Source: a bacterium
Lineage (GTDB): Bacteria > Chloroflexota > Anaerolineae > Aggregatilineales > Phototrophicaceae
Reading direction: 5' to 3'
DNA: 64,000 bases
Assembly (NCBI GenBank): GCA_033762735.1
Contig: JANRLJ010000218.1
Span: forward strand, 8,943-72,942
The notes under the pieces are model-generated. The model had not been told where the DNA came from. It did not search any database and was given only the letters and a program-made list of their open reading frames with translations. The stretch's first letter is position 1; the number at the start of each line of letters is the position of its first letter. This document shows, piece by piece, positions 9,674 through 18,946 of the stretch. A program made the translations under genes and the position numbers.

Positions 9674-10579
9674 ATGACCACCGCCGATACGTTATGGGAC
9701 GCCCTGCTCCCCGCCGCACTGCTGGGCACGGAGCGCCACACGCTGCAACTGCCGCCAGATGCGCCGCAGGTCTTACACGGCTTGCCCACGACCGATCCCG
9801 AAGCGCGGCTGCTGGCGACCGCCGCGACCGCTGCCATGATGCGCCGTTCCGGTCACATCCCGCCGGAAGACACCCACCTGCTGCCCGACCCTGCGCCGGA
9901 GGAAACGCTGCCTGTATGCACGCCGCGCTCTGCAAGGCGGCTCAATACCCTGCTCGGCCAAACGCTCGGTCAGGGACGCCCGCCATCACTATCGCTGTTG
10001 ATTGAATGGATGCACATCATCAGGCAGCGGGGGAAGCGCGTACCGTACTCGGTGCTGCCTGCTCTGCTTGATCTGACTTATCGCCAGCGCAGTGATGTGG
10101 ATTTCGTCCGCTTGGTCAGCGAGGTTATGGGCGAACGCGGGGGCTGGCTGGCACAGACGAATATGCGGTTTGAATACCTCCTCCATCCCCAACAGCCGCT
10201 TGAGAACGACTCATCGACGATACAGGCCGACAGAGATGCGCGGGAAGCACCTATCCTCGAACAGCTTCAGGAGGAAAGCGGCGCAGCCCTGAACGAGGCT
10301 GTTCAGCAATTGAGAGACATCACCTACACCTGGAGCGATACACTTACGACACTGTTCACCGAACGGATGGTGACGCTGATCGATCAGGCACCGCCGAGCA
10401 TTTTCACCGCCCTTCACTGGTACGATGTGCTGTTCGCCGCCCAAATCCCGCCCCATCGCCTGGAGGAGGTTCTGGCACGGCTGAAAAATATGCCAGAGGA
10501 AAAGCTGTCCTATCTGAAACGCCTGATCGACAAAATCGAATTTCGCCGCGACATGCTATTGGAGCTTGCCAATGAGTAA
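9674..10579 (+). CDS. DUF5691-like protein (second gene of SWIM/MoxR/vWA cluster)
   Basis: Position and size match the conserved uncharacterised cluster partner. The family name is recalled from annotation of similar clusters and is not verifiable here. Confidence 0.5.
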   Translation: MTTADTLWDALLPAALLGTERHTLQLPPDAPQVLHGLPTTDPEARLLATAATAAMMRRSGHIPPEDTHLLPDPAPEETLPVCTPRSARRLNTLLGQTLGQGRPPSLSLLIEWMHIIRQRGKRVPYSVLPALLDLTYRQRSDVDFVRLVSEVMGERGGWLAQTNMRFEYLLHPQQPLENDSSTIQADRDAREAPILEQLQEESGAALNEAVQQLRDITYTWSDTLTTLFTERMVTLIDQAPPSIFTALHWYDVLFAAQIPPHRLEEVLARLKNMPEEKLSYLKRLIDKIEFRRDMLLELANE

Positions 10580-11666
10580 CCAACCCAACACCGTCCAGCG
10601 CCGCCACGCCGAGGAAGAATACGCCGAAGAACTGTACGAACTGGCGAAGGCCGATACACGCCAGCGCCCGCCCAACTGGGCACTCTCACCCTGGGCGGTG
10701 GCGACCTATCTGCTCGGCGGGACGCTGGACAACGGCTACACCATCACGGCCAAGTACATCGGAGACCGCCGCCTGATCGAAATTGCGATTGCGACGCTGG
10801 CGACCGACCGCGCCCTGCTGCTGCTGGGCGTCCCCGGCACGGCCAAATCGTGGGTGTCTGAGCATCTCACGGCGGCTATCTGCGGCGACTCGACGCTGCT
10901 GGTGCAGGGGACAGCGGGCACGTCGGAAGAAGCCATGCGCTACGGCTGGAACTATGCGCGGCTGCTGGCGGAAGGCCCCTCGGAAAATGCGCTGGTCGCC
11001 AGCCCACTGATGCGGGCGATGGCCGAGGGCAAAATCTGCCGTGTGGAAGAACTGACGCGCATCCCCGCCGATGTACAGGACACACTGATTACGGTGCTTT
11101 CCGAGAAGACGCTGCCCATACCCGAACTGAACAGCGAGGTGCAGTCCGTCAAGGGCTTCAACGTGATCGCCACCGCCAATGACCGCGACCGGGGCGTGAA
11201 CGATATGTCCAGCGCCCTCACCCGCCGCTTTAACACCGTCGTGCTGCCCACGCCCGCCACGTTGGACGAAGAGGTCGAGATCGTCCGCCAGCGCGTCGGC
11301 AGCCTGGGGCGGATGCTGGAACTCCCGGCGGAAACACCCGCGCTGGAGGAGATGCGCCGCGTGGTGACGATCTTCCGCGAACTGCGGCACGGCCTCACGC
11401 TCGATGGGCAGACGCGGCTCAAGTCGCCCTCGTCCACGCTCAGCACCGCCGAGGCGATTTCGGTCGTCACGCAGGGGCTTTCGCTGGCGGCGCATTTCGG
11501 CAGCGGGACGCTCACCGCGCGCGATGTTGCCGGGAGCGTGGTCGGCGCGGTGGTTAAGGACCCCACGCAGGATCGCACGATCTGGCTGGAATATCTGGAA
11601 ACCGTCGCCCGCACCCGCCCGGACTGGACGGATTTGTACGAGGCCTGCCGTGAGGTGACGCGGTGA
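10566..11666 (+). CDS. MoxR-like AAA+ ATPase (AAA_5 type)
   Basis: Walker A (GVPGTAKS), a Walker B-like CRVEEL, and a sensor/arginine region (NVIATANDRDRG). It overlaps its neighbours by a few nt, which indicates operon coupling. Confidence 0.8.
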   Translation: MPMSNQPNTVQRRHAEEEYAEELYELAKADTRQRPPNWALSPWAVATYLLGGTLDNGYTITAKYIGDRRLIEIAIATLATDRALLLLGVPGTAKSWVSEHLTAAICGDSTLLVQGTAGTSEEAMRYGWNYARLLAEGPSENALVASPLMRAMAEGKICRVEELTRIPADVQDTLITVLSEKTLPIPELNSEVQSVKGFNVIATANDRDRGVNDMSSALTRRFNTVVLPTPATLDEEVEIVRQRVGSLGRMLELPAETPALEEMRRVVTIFRELRHGLTLDGQTRLKSPSSTLSTAEAISVVTQGLSLAAHFGSGTLTARDVAGSVVGAVVKDPTQDRTIWLEYLETVARTRPDWTDLYEACREVTR

Positions 11667-13993
11667 GCGCCAGTTCTAAAAAAGGCGGGTCACGCTCCGT
11701 CCACTTCTTCGGCATCCGGCATCACGGCGTTGGCTCCGCGCGGAGTCTGCGCCGTGCGCTGGAACAATTGCAGCCGGACGCGGTGCTGATCGAAGGCCCG
11801 CCGGATGCCGATAAGCTGATCGCGCTGGCATCTCATGCCGACATGCGGCCACCTGTCGCGCTGCTGATCTATAACCCCACACAGCCCCGCGAGGCGGCCT
11901 GGTATCCGTTCGCGGTCTATTCGCCCGAATGGCAGGCGATTCAATACGCGCTGGGGAATAAAATTCCGGTCACATTTATGGATCTGCCGCAGAAGCACCA
12001 GCTTCCGCTGCTGTATGCGCCGCCCGCTGAGGCCGAAGCACCGCCGGAAGACACCGACGCGGATGCCGATGCGGGCGAGGACGCGGGCGAAAACGCGCTG
12101 CTTGAAGCCGAACCCGCCGACATGCCTCCGCCGGTCGATTCCGCCGCGCTGTTACGCCTCGATCCGCTGCAAGCGCTGGCGCAGGCCGCTGGCTACAGCG
12201 ACAGCGAACGCTGGTGGGAGCACATGATCGAGGAACGGCAGAGCGGCGAGACGATTTTCGAGGCTATTCAGGAAGCGATGACCGCGCTGCGGGATGCGAC
12301 AGGCGCTCATCCCGACCCCGGCTACGCGCATCGGGAAGCCCTGCGCGAGGCATGGATGCGCAAGACCATCCGCGCGACGGAGAAGAAAGCGACACGGCTG
12401 GCGGTGATCTGCGGCGCATGGCATGTTCCCGCTTTGCTCGACCGGACGAATGTGGCGGCGGACGACGCGCTGCTCAAAGGACTGCCTTCGGTGGCGACCA
12501 CCGCCACCTGGACGCCCTGGACGTACAGCCGTCTCTCGCGGGACAGCGGCTATGGCGCGGGCATCACCTCGCCGGGGTGGTATCAACACTTGTGGGATAC
12601 CGCGCCTGACCAGATCACCATGCGCTGGATGTCGCGCGTGGCGGGGCTGCTGCGCGGGCAGGATTTTTCCGCCTCCACCGCGCAGGTCATCGACGGCGTG
12701 CGCCTGGCGGAAGCGCTGGCGGCGCTGCGCGGGAGGCCGCTGCCGGGTCTGGACGAGATGAACGAGGCGGCACTGGCCGTGTTCTGCCGGGGAGACTCCG
12801 CCCCCCTCAACCTGATTCGGCGCGACCTCATCATCGGGGATGCGCTGGGCGAAGTGCCGCCGGATGCGCCCACCGTCCCGCTCCAGCGTGATCTGGAATT
12901 GCAGCAGAAGGCGCTGCGGCTCAAGCCCGCGCTCGATGAAAAAATCCATGACTTCGATCTGCGCAAGCCCAATGATCTGGCGCGGAGTCGTCTGCTCCAT
13001 CGGCTGCGGCTGCTGCAAATTGAGTGGGGGGTGCGCCAGCAGAACCAGGTGCAGGCCACCGGGACATTTCATGAGTTCTGGAAGCTGGCGTGGAAGCCCG
13101 AATTTGCCATCGCGGTGATCGAGGCCAGCATGTGGGGCAACACGATTCAGGATGCGGCGGCAGCCAGAGTGCGCGACCAGGCCGAAACCAGCGACAGCCT
13201 CCTGCCCATTACGGCGCTGTTGGAGGATGTGCTGCTGGCCGATCTGCCGGAAGCGGCGGAGATCGTGCTGAATCGGCTGGAATCGGTCGCGGCGCTGACG
13301 AGCGATGTGGCCGTGCTGATGGACTCGCTGCCCGCGCTGGTCGATGTGCTGCGCTATGGCAACGTTCGTAAAACGGATACAGCGCTGGTGGCGCAGGTGG
13401 TCGATGGGCTGGTGATGCGCGTGTGCGTGGGACTTGCCCCGGCCTGCGCCTCGCTCGACGATGATGCGGCGGCGCTGATGTACAACCGCCTCAATCAGAC
13501 GCATTCAGCCATCACGCTGCTGCAAAACGCCGACTATACCGCCCACTGGCAGGGGGCATTGGCGGAGGTGGCCGATTTACGCGCCGGGCATGGATTGGTC
13601 GTGGGGCGGGCGGTGCGTCTGCTGCGCGATGCCGGGATTCTTTCGCCGGAGGAAGTCGCACGGCGGCTGCGGCTGGCGCTGTCGCGGGCGGTCGAACCGG
13701 CGCAGGCAGCGGCCTGGGTGGAAGGCTTTCTCAAAGGCAGCGGCGCGGTGCTGCTGTATGACGATACACTGTTCACCACGCTCGATTCGTGGCTGGCGCT
13801 GCTCCCCGGCGACACGTTTGATCTGCTGCTGCCGCTGCTGCGACGGACCTTCTCGACCTTCGCGTCGCCCGAACGCCGTCAGATCGGGGAGCGGGCGCGG
13901 CACGGCGTCCGCCAGCGGAGCGATCAACTGCTGCTGGACGAAGCACGGACGGCGAAGGTGCTGCCCATGCTGGAGCGGCTGCTGGGCATATAG
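11663..13993 (+). CDS. DUF5682-like large protein (fourth gene of cluster)
   Basis: 776 aa. The start overlaps the stop of the AAA ATPase gene (ATGA-type coupling). I see no recognisable catalytic motifs. Confidence 0.5.
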   Translation: MSASSKKGGSRSVHFFGIRHHGVGSARSLRRALEQLQPDAVLIEGPPDADKLIALASHADMRPPVALLIYNPTQPREAAWYPFAVYSPEWQAIQYALGNKIPVTFMDLPQKHQLPLLYAPPAEAEAPPEDTDADADAGEDAGENALLEAEPADMPPPVDSAALLRLDPLQALAQAAGYSDSERWWEHMIEERQSGETIFEAIQEAMTALRDATGAHPDPGYAHREALREAWMRKTIRATEKKATRLAVICGAWHVPALLDRTNVAADDALLKGLPSVATTATWTPWTYSRLSRDSGYGAGITSPGWYQHLWDTAPDQITMRWMSRVAGLLRGQDFSASTAQVIDGVRLAEALAALRGRPLPGLDEMNEAALAVFCRGDSAPLNLIRRDLIIGDALGEVPPDAPTVPLQRDLELQQKALRLKPALDEKIHDFDLRKPNDLARSRLLHRLRLLQIEWGVRQQNQVQATGTFHEFWKLAWKPEFAIAVIEASMWGNTIQDAAAARVRDQAETSDSLLPITALLEDVLLADLPEAAEIVLNRLESVAALTSDVAVLMDSLPALVDVLRYGNVRKTDTALVAQVVDGLVMRVCVGLAPACASLDDDAAALMYNRLNQTHSAITLLQNADYTAHWQGALAEVADLRAGHGLVVGRAVRLLRDAGILSPEEVARRLRLALSRAVEPAQAAAWVEGFLKGSGAVLLYDDTLFTTLDSWLALLPGDTFDLLLPLLRRTFSTFASPERRQIGERARHGVRQRSDQLLLDEARTAKVLPMLERLLGI

Positions 13994-14004
13994 GGAAAAA
14001 GAAT

Positions 14005-14880
14005 AAATGGCGACGCAAAAACCCAAAGAAGAAGGGAAAAGAAAAAGATTTGACGCAAAGCCGCAGCGCCAATTTGCGCGAATGCAAAGGTTCGCAAAGA
14101 GAAGGATGGCTGTAGGGGCGCACCCGTGTGTGCGCCTGTAATGCAAGAGAAAAAGGCGACACAAAGCCGCAGCGCCAATTTGCGCGAACGCAAAGGTTCG
14201 CAAAGTGAAGGATGGCTGTAGGGGCGCACCCGTGTGTGCGCCCGTAACACAAGAGAAAAAGGCGACGCAAAGCCGCAGCGCCAATGTGCGCGAACGCAAA
14301 GGTTCGCAAAGAAGAAGAGAAAAGAAAAAGGCGACGCAAAGCCGCAGAGAACGCAAAGGTTCGCAAAGTGAAGGATGGCTGTAGGGGCGCACCCGTGTGT
14401 GCGCCCGTAACACAAGAGAAAAAGGCGACGCAAAGCCGCAGAGAACGCTAAGGTTCGCAAAGTGAAGGATGGCTGTAGGGGCGCACCCGTGTGTGCGCCT
14501 GTAATGCAAGAGAAAAAGGCGACGCAAAGCCGCAGCGCCAATTTGCGCGAACGCAAAGGTTCGCAAAGAAGAAGAGAAAAGAAAAAGGCGACGCAAAGCC
14601 GCAGAGAACGCTAAGGTTCGCAAAGAGAAGGATGGCTGTAGGGGCGCACCCGTGTGTGCGCCCGTAACACAAGAGAAAAAGGCGACGCAAAGCCGCAGCG
14701 CCAATGTGCGCGAACGCAAAGGTTCGCAAAAAGAAGAGAAAAGGCGACGCGAAGATGCAAAGGTTCGCAAAGAGAAGAATGGCTGTAGGGGCGCACCCGT
14801 GTGTGCGCCTGTAATGCAAGGACACGGCATGCCGTGTCCCTACAAAGGCAATAAAGGGCGACGCACCGCATCGCCCCTAC
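14005..14880. repeat. Complex tandem repeat array (non-CRISPR), roughly 95-165-bp units
   Basis: Six copies of GTAGGGGCGCACCCGTGTGTGCGCC(C/T)GTAA at 14113, 14218, 14381, 14475, 14638 and 14785. The sequence between copies is itself repeated (GCGACGCAAAGCCGCAG, CGCCAATTTGCGCGAACGCAAAGGTTCGCAAAG). Two further palindromes lie at 14819-14843 and 14864-14880. Confidence 0.9.
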
Positions 14881-14924
14881 GACTACGATTGTGCGCGACT
14901 TTTTCAAAGGCTGACGGCTGATCG

Positions 14925-14990
14925 CTGACAGCTAAAAGCTAAAAGCTAACAGCTAAAAGCTAACCGCTAATTGCTAACTGCTAACAACTG
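14925..14990. repeat. AGCTAA(A/C) hexa/heptamer microsatellite
   Basis: AGCTAAAAGCTAAAAGCTAACAGCTAAAAGCTAACCGCTAATTGCTAACTGCTAAC lies directly upstream of the vWA gene. Related GCTAAC/GCGATTAGC runs occur at 27255-27300, 42915-42945 and 43030-43065. Confidence 0.8.
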
Positions 14991-15003
14991 AGGACTCTCC
15001 CAG

Positions 15004-16170
15004 ATGACCCACGACACTCCCGACGAACGCCTGCGCCGCTGGCGACTGATCCTCGGCGGCGAAAACGACGGCACCGAATGCAAGCTGGGCCAGCGCGACA
15101 GGGACATTGACCAGGCGTTAGGCGCCCTCTATGGGGGAGGGGATGGCAGCGTGATGGGAAAACCCGCCGGGCGCGAAGGTTCGCTGGGTGCGTCAGCGCC
15201 GAATGTCGCCCGCTGGTTGGGCGATATCCGCACCTACTTCCCGGCGTCGGTCGTGCGCGTGATGCAAAAGGACGCGCTGGAACGGCTGAACCTCAAGCAA
15301 ATGCTGCTGGAGCCGGAAATGCTGGAAGCCGTCGAGCCGGATGTACATCTGGTGGCGACGCTGCTCTCGCTCAACCGCATCATGCCCGACCGCACGCGAG
15401 ACACCGCCCGGCAGGTTGTGCGCCGCGTGGTCGATCAACTGGAACGCCGTTTGCGCCGCAAAACCGAACAGGCCGTGCTGGGCAGCCTGAACCGCGCCGC
15501 CCGCAACAACCGCCGCCCTCGCCATAACGAGATCGACTGGAACAAGACCATCCGCGCCAATCTGAAGCATTACCAACCGGAATATAAGACCATTATCCCC
15601 GAACGGCGCTTCGGCTATGGACGCAAGCAGCAGCGGCTGCGCGACATTGTGCTGTGCGTCGATCAGAGCGGGTCGATGGGAACGTCAGTGGTGTATTCGA
15701 GCATCTTCGGGGCGGTGCTGGCTTCGCTCAAGGCCGTCAGCACGCAGATGGTGGTGTTCGATACAGCGGTGGTCGATCTGACTGCCGAACTGCGCGACCC
15801 GGTGGAACTGCTGTTCGGGACTCAGCTCGGCGGCGGGACGGACATCAACCGCGCACTCGCCTACTGTCAGGGCATTATCCGCCGCCCATCGCAGACGATT
15901 CTGGTGCTCATCAGCGATCTGTACGAAGGCGGCGATGCGGAGTCGATGCTGCGGCGGGTCGGGGCGCTGGTCGGTTCTGGTGTGCAGATGGTGGCGCTGC
16001 TGGCGCTTAATGATGACGGTGCACCAGTCTATGACAAGAAGCACGCGGCAACCTTCGCGGCGATGGGCGTTCCTGCCTTCGCCTGCACGCCTGACCTGTT
16101 CCCTGATCTGATGGCGGCGGCCATCGAACGGCGCGACCTCTCGCAGTGGGCGGCGGCCAATTTGGAGTAA
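15004..16170 (+). CDS. von Willebrand factor A (vWA) domain protein
   Basis: MIDAS DxSxS (VDQSGSMG), with downstream T (GGGTDIN) and D (LISDLYEGG) residues. It is the fifth gene of the cluster and is separated from gene 4 by the repeat array. Confidence 0.8.
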   Translation: MTHDTPDERLRRWRLILGGENDGTECKLGQRDRDIDQALGALYGGGDGSVMGKPAGREGSLGASAPNVARWLGDIRTYFPASVVRVMQKDALERLNLKQMLLEPEMLEAVEPDVHLVATLLSLNRIMPDRTRDTARQVVRRVVDQLERRLRRKTEQAVLGSLNRAARNNRRPRHNEIDWNKTIRANLKHYQPEYKTIIPERRFGYGRKQQRLRDIVLCVDQSGSMGTSVVYSSIFGAVLASLKAVSTQMVVFDTAVVDLTAELRDPVELLFGTQLGGGTDINRALAYCQGIIRRPSQTILVLISDLYEGGDAESMLRRVGALVGSGVQMVALLALNDDGAPVYDKKHAATFAAMGVPAFACTPDLFPDLMAAAIERRDLSQWAAANLE

Positions 16171-16171
16171 C

Positions 16172-16340
16172 CGTGTTTGGTCACGGGCGCACACGTGGGT
16201 GCGCCCCTACAGCATCCATTCTCTTTGCGAACCTTTGCACCTCTACGCCTGTGCGTCGCCGTTTTCTTATCCCTTATGCTTTGCGAACCTTTGCATCTTT
16301 GCGCCTTTGCGTCAAATCTTTTAACGCTTTTTTGCCGTTT
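16172..16340. repeat. Inverted copy of the 14005-14880 repeat modules
   Basis: TACGGGCGCACACGTGGGTGCGCCCCTAC, CTTTGCGAACCTTTGC (x2) and CTTTGCGTCAAATCTTTT are reverse complements of the upstream array modules. Confidence 0.85.
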
Positions 16341-16343
16341 TCC

Positions 16344-18602
16344 CTACGGCGTATCCTCTCCCGCCAGCAGCGACCCGTGCTCGAACAGCATCTTTTCCAG
16401 AAAGGTCGCCTGTTCCTCCGCCGTCATCGGGCGCGGACGGGCGAAGTCCTCAATCACGCCCGTGAACAGATCAACCGTCAGCAGTCGCCCGTCATAGAGA
16501 TAGAGCGTGTCCATGAAGAACTCACGGTTTTCCAGTTCCGGCTGATCGAAATACAGGTTGCCCAGCCCATGATGCAGGAAGGACTCGCGCCCGTCCACGC
16601 TGGCATGGAACTCGAACACCTGTGGGCGGTGCGCCTGTGTCCCCAGCACCACATCCGCGCCGATCTCCCCCAGCGTACGGAAATGGGTGAGCTGCCGTTC
16701 AATCGGATTATAGCGGTCATATTCGGCGTACTGCACCAGCACCACCACCACATCGACCTGTTGGCGCAGCGCGGGGATGGCCTCGCGCAGCCAGCCATCG
16801 ATCACGCAGTAGGCCGCGCCGGGACGTTCCTCACCGAGAAAATCACTGGCAAGGGCAAATTCCGGCCCATTCCAGTTGCAGGCGAACAGGCCGACTCGTG
16901 TACCGTTGTGCTCCACGATGAGCGGTGCGCGGGCTTCGGTCACGCTTTCCCCGCCGCCGACCGTCTGCATCCCGGCCTCGCGATACATCTCCAGACTGCG
17001 GCGGTAGACGTTAAAGCCGTAGTCATTGTTGTGGTTGCCCGTCAGTTCGAGGATGTCCACGCCGAGCAGCGTGAGCAGGTCGAAATGCGCGTCCTTGCTG
17101 CACAGCCCGCCTAAAACGGGTTCGTCGGCTTCGGGGCAGCGCGGCGCAAACGACACTTCATTGCTGACATGGAAAAAGTCTGCCGTGCTGACATAGGGCA
17201 GAATGCCTTCCGCCGCCCATTCGACTCCGTTATTGTCCAGCGCGGTCAGGGTGTTACGGGCTAAGGCCGTCACGCCGGAAAAGGTCATGCGCGTCAGCAG
17301 CGCAGGGTCGAAATTGGGCGACTCGGACTCGAAGGCGAAGGGATACGTGGGCATGTCCAGCGGGTGCAGATCGCCCTCTGAGGTCTGAATCCGCAGCACC
17401 CGATAGCGCGGCGTGAGCGCATCAAAGGCCAGCAGCGTATAGCGGTCGGGATTCTCCCACAGGAACGCCTGCAACTGATCCGGCGGGAGCACCCGGTTAA
17501 ACGGATCGACCGGGACGCCGTGTTCGATTAAGGCCTCGGCGGTGGCGGAATCCAGCACCAGCGCGGGATCGACCTCGCCATTCAGAATACGGTTGAGGCG
17601 GTCGAGATCGAGCCGGGTTTGTGTGCTGCGAAAGGCGGTGGCGGGGAGAAAGAGAGACACGCTTTCGGACAAGCCCTCACCCCCCTGGCGAACTTGTTCG
17701 CCCCCACTCTCCCTTATAGAGAGGGGGAGAGCACTCGCGGTGGCTTCTGAAGTAGCTTCTGCTTGCGTTGTGATGGTTTCCTGTGAAGGAGCCTCCCACC
17801 CGACGCTGTAGAAGGCGAGGTATTCGGCCACATGCGACGACCAGTAGGCGTTGTTGTGTTCGCCTTCGGGATAGACGATGTAGTCATGCGGCAGGCCGCG
17901 CGTGGTCAGATTGTCGTGCATCAGATCGAAGCCGTACTGCGCATAATCGTCGCGCCCGCGATCCAGCCAGATGCGCAGGGATTCAATGCCGGGTGCATTC
18001 AGCGCCAGATCAAGCGGGTTGAAGTCTGGCGGGGCGTTCTGTGGGTCGAAAAAGGCACTGTGTCCGCCGACGGTGCTGAACAGCGCGGGATTGCGGAAGG
18101 CGATGTGGAACGCCCAGAATCCCCCACGCGAGATGCCGCCGATAGCACGGGTGGCCCGGTCAGTGGAGACGCGGTGATTCGCTTCCACGTCGGGCAGCAG
18201 TTCCGTCAGGAAGACGTTCTCCCAGGAGAGGCGGTCAAAGCGGTTCTCGTTCGCCATCCACGCGCCATAGGGCATGACGACCACGAACGGCGGCAGCACA
18301 CCCGCTTCGATTCCGGCGTCCATCGCCTGCGGCAGTCCCAGATCCACCCACAGGCGATTGGTCGAGTTCGAGCCGTGCATCAGATACAGCACCGGATAGG
18401 TCGCGTCGGTCTGCGCATAGCAGGGAGGCAGATAGACGGTATACACCAGTTCCAGATCAACCAGTTCGCTGGAATAGGTGCGGTCGATCACGCGCCCTTC
18501 TGTTGACGTGCATCTCTGCGCCTGGGCGGGAACAGGCCGCAGGACGAGCGCGACGAGCAGGCTGAGGGCGAAAACAAACGGCATCCATGAGAGTCGGCGC
18601 AT
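16344..18602 (-). CDS. Secreted fusion protein: esterase-family alpha/beta hydrolase plus CapA-like (poly-gamma-glutamate capsule biosynthesis / metallophosphatase) domain
   Basis: Signal peptide, then esterase features (LYLMHGSNS, GGISRGG), then a CapA-like C-terminal half. The interdomain linker is encoded by a MITE-like sequence at 17641-17760. Confidence 0.65.
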   Translation of the reverse strand: MRRLSWMPFVFALSLLVALVLRPVPAQAQRCTSTEGRVIDRTYSSELVDLELVYTVYLPPCYAQTDATYPVLYLMHGSNSTNRLWVDLGLPQAMDAGIEAGVLPPFVVVMPYGAWMANENRFDRLSWENVFLTELLPDVEANHRVSTDRATRAIGGISRGGFWAFHIAFRNPALFSTVGGHSAFFDPQNAPPDFNPLDLALNAPGIESLRIWLDRGRDDYAQYGFDLMHDNLTTRGLPHDYIVYPEGEHNNAYWSSHVAEYLAFYSVGWEAPSQETITTQAEATSEATASALPLSIRESGGEQVRQGGEGLSESVSLFLPATAFRSTQTRLDLDRLNRILNGEVDPALVLDSATAEALIEHGVPVDPFNRVLPPDQLQAFLWENPDRYTLLAFDALTPRYRVLRIQTSEGDLHPLDMPTYPFAFESESPNFDPALLTRMTFSGVTALARNTLTALDNNGVEWAAEGILPYVSTADFFHVSNEVSFAPRCPEADEPVLGGLCSKDAHFDLLTLLGVDILELTGNHNNDYGFNVYRRSLEMYREAGMQTVGGGESVTEARAPLIVEHNGTRVGLFACNWNGPEFALASDFLGEERPGAAYCVIDGWLREAIPALRQQVDVVVVLVQYAEYDRYNPIERQLTHFRTLGEIGADVVLGTQAHRPQVFEFHASVDGRESFLHHGLGNLYFDQPELENREFFMDTLYLYDGRLLTVDLFTGVIEDFARPRPMTAEEQATFLEKMLFEHGSLLAGEDTP

Positions 18603-18946
18603 GGGGCTTCCTTGTGCTGCGGGACTGAACGATCAACGTGCACGATGATAGCCGCATTCGATGCCCAGCCCAACCCTGTTTCAGCAATCCTTTTTGGCTT
18701 TAGGGAAGTCGTGGATTTGTAGGGGCGACTCGGCGAGTCGCCCCTACGGGCACAACCTGCAATAAGACAACACTTTTATGCAAATACACCGCAAAGGGTA
18801 TGTCCGGCAACTCCTGACAATTTCCTGGGTGGTCTTGGGATAGGGGCGCAGCATGCTGCGCCCCTACGGGAAACCCAGATATAAGAAGGTGCAGGTTTTT
18901 CCGTAGGGACACGACCTGCCGTGTTCTGCCATCGGCAAATAATTGC

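Noticed and set aside
13577-14830. 417-aa minus-strand ORF and several other ORFs (13773..14366, 13924..14556, 14448..14825, 14611..14907, 14652..14921) in the ORF track
   Set aside because: They lie entirely within the tandem repeat array and the antisense of the DUF5682 gene. Their proteins are low-complexity translations of the repeat.
14005-14880. Possible CRISPR array (regularly recurring 30-bp palindrome)
   Set aside because: Spacing is irregular (94-163 bp) and the inter-repeat sequences are themselves repeated modules rather than unique spacers. There are no cas genes or leader, and the repeat is palindromic and belongs to a dispersed REP-like family.
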